NCBI GenBank assembly: GCA_046290815.1 | Contig: JBKBUF010000027.1 | Span: 1-64,000 of the forward strand | Source: Cytophagaceae bacterium | GTDB lineage: Bacteria; Bacteroidota; Bacteroidia; Cytophagales; Cytophagaceae | Direction of reading: 5' to 3' | Length of the DNA: 64,000 bases | Shown here: in pieces, positions 18,881 to 27,107 of the stretch | How the letters are laid out: every line of letters begins with the position of its first letter | How positions within the stretch are numbered: the first letter of the stretch is position 1 | The notes under the pieces: model-generated | The model's database searches: none | What the model was told of the DNA's origin: nothing | Seen by the model: the letters and a program-made list of their open reading frames with translations, nothing else | Translations under genes and position numbers: made by a program

Positions 18881-21800
18881 CCTTCTTTATCCCTTCCAGG
18901 CTCTCTCCCAATACCGACACCTGCGCCAATAGCTTCGCCATATGATCCTGACCGTCCATGCCGCGGAATTTCTGGTTCTTGCGGAAGGTGGTTTTGATCT
19001 CTTCCCATCTCTCTTTCTCTTTTTCAGTCATCCAGCCTGCGATCTCTTTAAACTTTAAAAGATTCGCCTCAGCACCGGTAGTTAATGTTTGCGATTCGTT
19101 TTGATAATGACCAAGGATAAGATTTTTTAATTCTTCATCGTTCATCAGCGGAACCACTTTCTCCGCCATTTTATTCATATTACGATAAGAACCCTGCAAC
19201 TTAAATGGAGGCTCTGTCCTGAACTCGTCTGATTGAGATGCTGATCTTATGTACTCAAGATTTACTTTCAGTACCAGTTCTCTTATGGCGTTAAGCTTCT
19301 TCAAAACTGATACCACTTCGTTGCTTTCTTCTGCAGAATAGGCACCTTCAAAATCAAGTCCCGTCTTATCTCCAGTTTCCACCAAAGAAAGGTATGAATG
19401 AACATCTTTAAGACTCTTATTAGAAACTCTTGATGTTACCGGATTAGAGGTAAGTGTATTTTCAATGTAGCTTAACTTAAATACATTGTCCTTGCCGCCA
19501 ATGATATCACCGAGATTATAGGTATCTGCTCTGTTGGCAAGCATGTCCGGAATTTTAAACTTCTCTCCGCTTTCTGTATACGGATTACCGGCCATTACCA
19601 CACATACCTTCTTGCCTCTGAAATCATAGGTTTTACTTTTTCCTTTATAAACACCTTCAATTTTTCTCTGTCCGTCACAAAGGGAAATAAACTTCTGCAA
19701 AAATTCTGCGTTGCAATGTTGGATATCGTCAATGTATATCATTACATTGTCTCCCATTTCAAAAGAGAGATTCAGCTTCTCCAACTCTTCTCTCGCTCCT
19801 GCATTGGTCGCCTCGGCCGGATCCAGCGATGTTACTTTATGACCTAAAGCAGGACCATTGATTTTCATAAATATTAATCCTAGTCTGCTCGCCACATATT
19901 CCATCAATGTAGTCTTACCATAACCCGGAGGTGATATAAGCAGGAGCATACCCATTTGGTCTGTTCTCTTATTTTCTCCAACCACACCTATCTGTTTGGC
20001 CAGGTTCGCACCTATCAAAGGAAGATAAACTTCGTCAATCAGTTTGTTTCTGACAAAAGAGGAAAGCACCTTGGATTTAAACTCATCCAGTCTTAACTGT
20101 TGTTTATATGCATCTATTAACTGAATTTTCAGGTGCTGATACTTTTCAAAAGCCGAAGCATGCTGATTGATATATAATGACAACTTATTGATGAAGCTGT
20201 TATAGTCCAGCAAATACTTTCCCTTTTCAATAAGTGCATGTTCTCCGCTCAGGCCTTGTAACTCTACAGATGTTTCTGTACGAATAACTTCTCCCTGAGA
20301 ATCTTCAAAGAGCAGCATAAGTGCTGTTTCTTTAAAAACTGAATTATCTGCTGCTAAACCTTCGCTGCTGCAGAAAGCCCTTATCCACTTCACTGCTGCC
20401 GATAATGTATTGGATGCATCGTTTTCAAATTTCTTTATCGACTCCTGAAACAGATCTCCATATTTATTCTTCTTCAGATAGGTGTTGAAGCTGTTATACA
20501 AATTGTGGGCAGGAAGGCTGGAAATAAATTTGTCACCACGCAGCAATTCCATAAACAGGTATTCTGCGGCCTGGTGTGCAAGTTCATTATTAAACTGACC
20601 TGTTGCATCGTTGTATGCCATAATAGACAACTCTACCTCATTTACCAGATCATCAAAGTCTCTTGCATCGGGGAATACTTTCAATATAAGTGAAAGTCCT
20701 TTGATTTTATTCTGAAGCAAGGTTCTTTGCTGCTCCTCTATCCCTGTATGATACCAGAACCTTGCACAGGCTCTTGCCTCTGAATTGTAAGTAAGCAGAT
20801 CTATGCTTCTGTACAGTTTCATCAGCGCTTTCAAAATTATTAGCGCATCTCTGTCACTCACACCTTTAAGGTAACCTTCTGCATAACGGGTAGACATAAA
20901 CTTCTGGATAAACTCCAGCAACTCATTTTCACTCATCAGCTCAAGATTTTCACTGATATTTTTATTGATATAGGATTGGAAAATAACGTAAGCCAGATAT
21001 TCTCCTTTATAAATATCTCTGTTTTCAGAAACTATAATCTGATTCCAGAAGGGCTTAGTCTGAATGAATGATTCGTCACTTATCCTTTCGAAAAATCCTG
21101 TACCGGTAATATGGTAAAACATTTCATTATCTCTGTTTACCATAGTAAGGTCTATAGGTTGTGTATTTACTGAGAAATGAAACTTACCGAATTTAATTAC
21201 ATTACCTCCTTCTGTGAACAGCTCCTGTTTATCTTTCAGCTGCCTGAGTGCATCTTCCTTTGCTGACTTTAATCTTCCCTGTATATCATCTGCCTTTACC
21301 GTATCCTTCAGTTCTTGTAGCTGCTTCACTATATCTCTCAGCTTATCGAGCATGAGATCAGAAGCGAAATAGCCATTGATGTCGGAAGCAGTTTTAAAGT
21401 TGTTCAAACGGTTTTTTACGCCGCTCAAAATTCTTTCTGCAGCGGACATAAGTGAGTTTGCTTTCCTGTTATTCTGCTCTACAAGCTGAAGTTTTCTGTT
21501 TTCAAAAGCTTCATATACCTCTTCTCTCTTTTCCGTTAGAGTAGTAATGAACTGATCGAAATCAGCAAACTTACCCTCAAGCTCCTCGATCTGTATCATT
21601 ACCTTTGAAAGGTATTCATCACATTTCTCTGGCTGATCTGATATATCCAGGTAATTGACAATAGACTGATCTATCAGCTTGATCTGGGCATGAAACTCAG
21701 CCAAACTTTCGGATTTTTTTAGTTCAAGCTTTTTATTTCTGATCCCTGCCTTCAATTGATTAACTTCTGCAAAAACCAATGAGATGTTGTCAATAATTTT

Positions 21801-23759
21801 TGTAGTCTGTGTAGCATCTTCTATTTTTAGGTTGCTGACAATTTCAATCAGCATTTCCAGTTGTTTCGCAGCATTCCCTATTTCTTCCTCTACTTTTGTA
21901 GCCTCAGTTACCTTGGAAGCTTTTTCAATATCTGCCTTGAGCTGGATTGTTCTTTCTTTATAGGGCAGCAGGGATTTTTCCTGTAGAAGGAACTGTACAC
22001 ATGAACGGGAAAGTTTGTCTGTCTGCTCAGCTACCTGAGCTTCCATGTGCTTTACCTGCTCAACATCAACATACCTTAGCTCTTTCAAACCAATTATTTC
22101 TCCTCTGAGTTGACGTAGGTCTGAAAGGGCTTTAACATAAGTATTGATATCCTGAAACTTCTCCCTCTTGATGAACGCCTGTACTTCATTTACTTTTTCA
22201 TTGCAGGCTTTTACCTGTTGCAGGGTATTCTTCTTAATCCTTACGACTTTCTCAAACTCCTCTATCGTTGCCGATGCAGTATTCCGGATATCAGTTAAAG
22301 GAATAGCCAGATTGCAGGCATCTTCCTCTCTGATCCAGAAATAACTGTCGAGTACATCATTGCTTCTGTTTACAATATCGAGATAAAGATTTTCATAACT
22401 TTCGTCGTCTTTCCTGATTAAGTTAAGAAGCTCTGTACACTCGGACATAGCACGCACGATGTTTTTGTTACCGATCTTAAACAAATAAGAATCAGGAACA
22501 GATGCAGGCACGTAATCCTGAGAAGTAAATGCGGTCTGCCATATCTGAATGACATGGTGTTTGGAAGCTTCATCTTCCGTTAAAAAATAAATCAGCTCAC
22601 CGTTTTTGAACAATGAATACCCGTTGCATACAATCAGGTTTTCTACCTTCTGTTGGATAATATTATATGGTAGCAGAATGTAAGCTCCATTGTCGCTATG
22701 ATAAAAAACATATAGATGATCTTCTCCGTTAGGGGATGAAATACGTTTTTCAAATTTCAACCCCTGTAATTCATTTTCAAAAAGCTTATACTCTCCTGTC
22801 TGCAAATAATAACCTTTTGAAAATATCAACCCTTGTGCATCAGGTAACAAAACACAGGAATCTTTTATAGCATCAATCCGCTGTGCTTTCTTTATTTTGT
22901 GATTGTAAACGATGTACCTGAAATTATCTTCCTTAAAGGGTCGAATCTTAAGAAGTATAATGTTACCCAGGTCTGCATAATACATTTCAGCATCATCCAG
23001 CCTTTGATCTTTATCTTCTACCGGTTCGGAATAAATACCCTCCCCTGTATCGGTGTTGTCTTCTACTTTAATGGTAAGATCACCGCCAACTGTCTCGATA
23101 AAAACTTTATCCAGAACAGAAATATGAGGATGCTTTCCTTTTCTGTGATAATCTCTGGAAGTTCTCAACCATTCAAACTCGAACTGTGCAGGATATTTGA
23201 ATTCACTTTCACTCCTGTTTCCTTCATATTTCAAGGAGGAACCCTGAATAAGCCACTTGAAAGTTTTGAAGTCATTAGGATTTTTCCCTATTCTGAAAAC
23301 CATGTGAAGGTAGGGGCCAATCACAGCGAACTTTTCAAAATATGTGTTCTTGTAATACTTATAAAGCTCTCTGAAGTCCAGCTCGAACTGATCGATCTTA
23401 ATCAGATCAAGTCCGGCAGCATGAAAAGATAGGTTGTTGAACTCATAGATACTGAATACATCGCTTAGGACTGTTTCTGATCTCAGTCCAATGTGTACGT
23501 TGTAACCAAAAAGCAGGTATTGCCCCAAAGCAATCATATCTCTGGGGACGCAGTTATTTTCAGTGGTAATGCGGTCGGTAGCTATAAGTTTGGTTTCAAT
23601 AGCGCCGAATACATTTTTCCGCTCTTCATTCAGCTTGTTGAGTCTCTCTGTAAGTTCGCTGCTTGCCTTCTCCAGTCTGCTTTTCAGAATCTCATAAGTA
23701 CCGGCATCAAGCTGATTTTTTTGACTTTCTTTATGGTCACGGCTTTTGTTTTCAGCCAT
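18864..23759 (-). CDS. Giant (1631 aa) uncharacterised AAA+ ATPase. The N-terminal ~450 aa are beta-rich, a central region of ~600 aa is coiled coil, and a C-terminal AAA_5/MoxR-dynein-like module follows.
   Basis: Walker A is LLLISPPGYGKTTL. Walker B is VMIYIDDIQH. Sensor-like segments are VCVVMAGNPYTESG and IPDMLANRADTYNLGDI. A long heptad-like E/K/L-rich middle region is present. The gene lies immediately downstream of the nfeD-flotillin pair on the same strand. Confidence 0.8.
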   Translation of the reverse strand: MAENKSRDHKESQKNQLDAGTYEILKSRLEKASSELTERLNKLNEERKNVFGAIETKLIATDRITTENNCVPRDMIALGQYLLFGYNVHIGLRSETVLSDVFSIYEFNNLSFHAAGLDLIKIDQFELDFRELYKYYKNTYFEKFAVIGPYLHMVFRIGKNPNDFKTFKWLIQGSSLKYEGNRSESEFKYPAQFEFEWLRTSRDYHRKGKHPHISVLDKVFIETVGGDLTIKVEDNTDTGEGIYSEPVEDKDQRLDDAEMYYADLGNIILLKIRPFKEDNFRYIVYNHKIKKAQRIDAIKDSCVLLPDAQGLIFSKGYYLQTGEYKLFENELQGLKFEKRISSPNGEDHLYVFYHSDNGAYILLPYNIIQQKVENLIVCNGYSLFKNGELIYFLTEDEASKHHVIQIWQTAFTSQDYVPASVPDSYLFKIGNKNIVRAMSECTELLNLIRKDDESYENLYLDIVNRSNDVLDSYFWIREEDACNLAIPLTDIRNTASATIEEFEKVVRIKKNTLQQVKACNEKVNEVQAFIKREKFQDINTYVKALSDLRQLRGEIIGLKELRYVDVEQVKHMEAQVAEQTDKLSRSCVQFLLQEKSLLPYKERTIQLKADIEKASKVTEATKVEEEIGNAAKQLEMLIEIVSNLKIEDATQTTKIIDNISLVFAEVNQLKAGIRNKKLELKKSESLAEFHAQIKLIDQSIVNYLDISDQPEKCDEYLSKVMIQIEELEGKFADFDQFITTLTEKREEVYEAFENRKLQLVEQNNRKANSLMSAAERILSGVKNRLNNFKTASDINGYFASDLMLDKLRDIVKQLQELKDTVKADDIQGRLKSAKEDALRQLKDKQELFTEGGNVIKFGKFHFSVNTQPIDLTMVNRDNEMFYHITGTGFFERISDESFIQTKPFWNQIIVSENRDIYKGEYLAYVIFQSYINKNISENLELMSENELLEFIQKFMSTRYAEGYLKGVSDRDALIILKALMKLYRSIDLLTYNSEARACARFWYHTGIEEQQRTLLQNKIKGLSLILKVFPDARDFDDLVNEVELSIMAYNDATGQFNNELAHQAAEYLFMELLRGDKFISSLPAHNLYNSFNTYLKKNKYGDLFQESIKKFENDASNTLSAAVKWIRAFCSSEGLAADNSVFKETALMLLFEDSQGEVIRTETSVELQGLSGEHALIEKGKYLLDYNSFINKLSLYINQHASAFEKYQHLKIQLIDAYKQQLRLDEFKSKVLSSFVRNKLIDEVYLPLIGANLAKQIGVVGENKRTDQMGMLLLISPPGYGKTTLMEYVASRLGLIFMKINGPALGHKVTSLDPAEATNAGAREELEKLNLSFEMGDNVMIYIDDIQHCNAEFLQKFISLCDGQRKIEGVYKGKSKTYDFRGKKVCVVMAGNPYTESGEKFKIPDMLANRADTYNLGDIIGGKDNVFKLSYIENTLTSNPVTSRVSNKSLKDVHSYLSLVETGDKTGLDFEGAYSAEESNEVVSVLKKLNAIRELVLKVNLEYIRSASQSDEFRTEPPFKLQGSYRNMNKMAEKVVPLMNDEELKNLILGHYQNESQTLTTGAEANLLKFKEIAGWMTEKEKERWEEIKTTFRKNQKFRGMDGQDHMAKLLAQVSVLGESLEGIKKAINDK

Positions 23760-23789
23760 AATAATTTAAAATTAAGTGTTGAAAAAAGG

Positions 23790-23905
23790 ATTTCACGCAA
23801 AGATTAGCAAAGGGAACGCAAAGACCGCAAAGGTTTTATAGGATTTAAAACAGTTTACCTATGCTTTGCGTTCTTTGCGAATCTTTGCCGTCCTTTGCGT
23901 GAATA
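23790..23905. repeat. ~115-bp imperfect palindrome made of eight ~10-bp CGCAAAG-containing units (four direct, four inverted) that fills the flotillin / AAA+ intercistronic gap
   Basis: The left arm is tcaCGCAAAGattaGCAAAGggaaCGCAAAGacCGCAAAGg. The right arm is CTTTGCGttCTTTGCGaatCTTTGCcgtcCTTTGCGtga and abuts the flotillin stop codon. Confidence 0.7.
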
Positions 23906-25993
23906 TTAATCCTTTAAGTTTTTAAACTTTAATCCAAGGCTGCTCACTGTCTGATCTGCAATACCTGCTGCCTTTACGTCTTTCAATAAAGTGTCAAGTG
24001 TGCTCTTCAAAGCATTATCGACTGTTTGTGAACTTAATCTCAACAGCAACGCAGATATGCTCAGATTTTTGATGTCAGCGCTGCTGATGCCATGGCTGGC
24101 AAGTATATTCTGAATTCTTTCGATTACATTTTCAGATCCGTCACCAAGCAATGAATCTTTGATGCCGGTAAATACTTTGCTGTTGTCCACCATTCTGTCC
24201 ATTGCTTTTCCTTTAGTAACAGACCCGACAATCTTGTCAAAGAAGGTAGTCTCACCGCCAACGATATCGATCTTAGCAGACTTCAATGCTTCAGACACAA
24301 CTTTGGCTTGTGCTTCTGCAATATCTTTCTGGATATGAATTTCCGCCAATTCGATAGCTTTTTCTTTCTCCAGCTTAAGTTTGAACTCTTCGTGGTCTTT
24401 ACCAACTCCGTCAAGTTTCTTCATAGCTGCAGCCTTCTGCTCTATACCCTGAGCTTCCACTTCAAGTTTTTTGTTAAGTACTGTAGCTTCCACGATGCCT
24501 TTTTTCTCATCTGCAACAGCTTTTGCTTCTATACCTTTTGCTTCCGCCATGGCTTTTTTCTCCATCACTACGGCTTCTGTCGTTCCCTGTTTCTCTAATG
24601 CTTTAGCTTTAGCTTCGATCACCGTAGCCTCAGCAACTCCTTTTGAAGACTCTTCAAGTACTACCACTTCCACTATAGTCTTTCTGGCATCTGCCTGCAT
24701 CTCTGCAGCTTTTTGTTCTGCTTCCGCTTCGATCAGTTTCTGCTGCGCTTTGAGTTCTGCAGATGACTTCATTGCTTCAGCGAGTTTAATTTCTTTGATT
24801 TTCTTCTCTTCTGCCTCAGTAGTTGCCACAGTAAGTGCCACCTCTTTGGTTCTGTGAGCTTCAGCAAAAGTTTTGGTGTCTTTGATTTTTTCTTCTTCTT
24901 CTACTACTGATTTCTGCAATGCCACTCTTTCTCTTATCACATCCTGAATGTTCTTTTTCTCCTCTTCCACTGCTTTTTCTTTCTCTATCTGAGCAAGCGC
25001 CACTACTCTTTCTTTCTCGTTTGCCTCAAGTAGTTTATCTTTTTCTACCCTTTGTGTTTCCACAGCCTCTGTTCTTTCTTTGCTCTTTGAAGCCACGATG
25101 ATCTGGCGAAGTTTGTTTTCTTCGGCTATCTGAGTTTCCTCTTCTGCCTTGATTCTGGCTATATCCGCTTTCAATTTTTCCTCTGCAGTAACTTTTTCAG
25201 CTTCGGATCTCTCTCTTGCCTTGATGATGGCTACTTCTCTTGCCTGCTTCTCTTCGGTTTCGGTCAACTGTTTGTTCAACTCAAGGATAGCTTCTTTCGC
25301 TTCTACGTCCTGCTTCTTAATTACCTTTTCTTCATTTCTTCTGATTTCGTTAGCAAGGATTTTTTGCTGAGCAGTCATCTCGGTAATTTTCTTAATACCT
25401 TGTGAGTCAAGAATGTTATCTACTTTAAGGAATTCAAGAGGAGTCTGCTCCAGATAATCTATAGCGCAGTCGTCAAGGATGTAACCGTTAAGGTCAGTTC
25501 CGATGATGTCAAGTATTTCCTGCTTGAATTTGTCACGGTCTGAATAAAGATCAATGAATTCAAATCTTCTTCCGACAGTTTTCAAAGCTTCGGAAAACTT
25601 TGCATCGAAGATGGTGACAAGCGTATCTCTGTTAGATGCTCTTTCGCAACCTATGGTCTGAGCTACTTTTACAACGTCTTCTACTGATTTGTTTACTCTC
25701 ACGAAAAAGGCAACTTCTATATCAGCACGGATGTTGTCTTTACAAATCAATCCATCTTTGCCGATTCTTTTTATCTGAAGAGACTTCAATGATATATCCA
25801 TGATCTCCATTTTGTGGAGCACAGGTATAACAAACATAGCAGAGAAAGTTACTTTCGTACCTCCGGCACCGGTTCTTACTATAGCTTTTCCCTGTGGAAC
25901 TTTATTGTACCACTTGATCGCAAGTACAAATACTATAAAAACGAAGAATAAAGAGCCGACAATAACGGTCAGCATTAAATTTTCCAGAAACAT
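23906..25993 (-). CDS. Flotillin-like SPFH/band-7 protein with a long coiled-coil (EA-repeat) region
   Basis: An N-terminal TM segment is followed by an SPFH domain (..GKAIVRTGAGGTKV..ISLKSLQI..DNIRADIEVAFFVRV..) and then extended A/E/K-rich heptad repeats. The whole is typical of FloT/YuaG-type flotillins. Confidence 0.85.
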   Translation of the reverse strand: MFLENLMLTVIVGSLFFVFIVFVLAIKWYNKVPQGKAIVRTGAGGTKVTFSAMFVIPVLHKMEIMDISLKSLQIKRIGKDGLICKDNIRADIEVAFFVRVNKSVEDVVKVAQTIGCERASNRDTLVTIFDAKFSEALKTVGRRFEFIDLYSDRDKFKQEILDIIGTDLNGYILDDCAIDYLEQTPLEFLKVDNILDSQGIKKITEMTAQQKILANEIRRNEEKVIKKQDVEAKEAILELNKQLTETEEKQAREVAIIKARERSEAEKVTAEEKLKADIARIKAEEETQIAEENKLRQIIVASKSKERTEAVETQRVEKDKLLEANEKERVVALAQIEKEKAVEEEKKNIQDVIRERVALQKSVVEEEEKIKDTKTFAEAHRTKEVALTVATTEAEEKKIKEIKLAEAMKSSAELKAQQKLIEAEAEQKAAEMQADARKTIVEVVVLEESSKGVAEATVIEAKAKALEKQGTTEAVVMEKKAMAEAKGIEAKAVADEKKGIVEATVLNKKLEVEAQGIEQKAAAMKKLDGVGKDHEEFKLKLEKEKAIELAEIHIQKDIAEAQAKVVSEALKSAKIDIVGGETTFFDKIVGSVTKGKAMDRMVDNSKVFTGIKDSLLGDGSENVIERIQNILASHGISSADIKNLSISALLLRLSSQTVDNALKSTLDTLLKDVKAAGIADQTVSSLGLKFKNLKD

Positions 25994-26029
25994 AAAACAG
26001 AATATTAAATGGTTAAAAGTGTATGAAAA

Positions 26030-26647
26030 TTAATTATTGGAATCGTAGGGTTCTGCAAGGTAGTAGCCTTTCGCAGGGAAGAACTCTATAAGAAGAGCTG
26101 ACTGTCCTTTCTTTAAAATTTTTCCTTCAGAGGTTTTTACATGCACCAGGATAGAGTCACCATTGCGGTTTACTTCACCCTGTCCCATCTGTTGAGCGCT
26201 TGCTTCAATGGTAAGGGTGCAAACCGAACCTGTGAAATCTGAAGTCAATTCTTCTTCAGGCTTATTCAGCATTGCATAAACTTTGCTAAGCGGAGCGGTT
26301 ACAATCTTAGTCAGAATAAAACCTCCGAAGATATTTGGAATAAATATCAGCAAACCTAACAGCAAACTGCTGTTTCCCAGATAATGGTTGCAGAACATGG
26401 TACCTGTCCAGAAGAACAGGGCAAAGAAGCTGATCACGATAGTAATCGGAAGATCACCGAAGCCGACATATTTTGCTATGCCAGATTCGGAATGTGCATC
26501 CGCGTCGGTATGAACATCAGCATCGCCAAACATTTCAAGGTCGAAAAGACCAAGAAGATTGACAATCCAATAGAGCAATACCAATGCAAGTAATGCAGTT
26601 GCCGGCAGATTAGGAGCCTTAATGGCTTCCTCAAATATTTCAATCAT
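26030..26647 (-). CDS. NfeD-like membrane protein (flotillin-associated, YuaF/YqiJ family) with a C-terminal OB-fold
   Basis: There is an N-terminal multi-TM region and a C-terminal beta-rich soluble domain. The gene lies immediately upstream of flotillin with a 37-bp gap, which is the canonical nfeD-flotillin pairing. Confidence 0.7.
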   Translation of the reverse strand: MIEIFEEAIKAPNLPATALLALVLLYWIVNLLGLFDLEMFGDADVHTDADAHSESGIAKYVGFGDLPITIVISFFALFFWTGTMFCNHYLGNSSLLLGLLIFIPNIFGGFILTKIVTAPLSKVYAMLNKPEEELTSDFTGSVCTLTIEASAQQMGQGEVNRNGDSILVHVKTSEGKILKKGQSALLIEFFPAKGYYLAEPYDSNN

Positions 26648-26912
26648 TGTTTAAGAATATAAAAGTTTAAAAAATGGATATGATGAGTATCCAGACTACT
26701 CCGTTGATTGCAGATTTATCTCGAATTAAAAATAATTGCCGGCGGAGGAATCATAGTAAAAATAGCTTTTTTTACTTAATTCCCCAATGATGAAGAAAAG
26801 TAACCACTTCGGAAATAAAAAATATTTTATCCAGACTGGTGGACAAAAAGTGGATAAAGTGTGGATAACAAAATGTCTGAACCAGGACACTCAGGATTAA
26901 AGGATTAGATTT

Positions 26913-27098
26913 GGAATGTTGAATGTTGAATGATGAATGTTGAATGTAGGTAAAAATTAACGTCATTCCGACGCAGGAGGAATCTGTTAAATCTAATCAT
27001 CGCAGATAATTTTGCGAGGCTTCGACTCCGCTCAGCCCGACGGAATATTTATCAGCAGAGCGTAGCCATTCAACATTCAACATTCAGCATTCAGCATT
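26913..27098. repeat. Composite palindromic element: five copies of (TGAATGT) on the left, a ~115-bp core carrying copy 2 of the hairpin motif, and five inverted copies of the heptamer on the right
   Basis: The left arm is ggaatgttgaatgttgaatgatgaatgttgaatgt. The right arm is ccattcaacattcaacattcagcattcagcatt. The core contains GTCATTCCGACGCAGGAGGAATCTGT and the near-palindrome attccgAcg...cgAcggaat. Confidence 0.7.
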
Positions 27099-27107
27099 TA
27101 TAATTCA

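Noticed and set aside
24308-25370. Several + strand ORFs (96, 128, 60 and 73 aa) antisense to the flotillin gene
   Set aside because: They lie in the reverse complement of the low-complexity EA/K-rich coiled-coil region. Repetitive codons keep the antisense frames open by chance, and their translated sequences are S/A/F-rich nonsense.
26772-26966. A 64-aa ORF on the minus strand
   Set aside because: It is composed of the (GAATGTT)n heptamer repeat array (..FNIQHSKSNP..) and is an artefact of the repeat.
27005-27045. tRNA/tmRNA-like T-arm resemblance (ggcttcgactccgctc)
   Set aside because: No 5-bp T-stem can be formed around a 7-nt TTCGACT loop. No acceptor or anticodon arms or CCA context are present. 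The resemblance is taken as coincidental.
26913-27098. Possible CRISPR array, suggested by short direct repeats
   Set aside because: The repeats are 7-nt units in immediate tandem without spacers. They are arranged as inverted arms, and no cas genes are nearby. This is not a CRISPR architecture.
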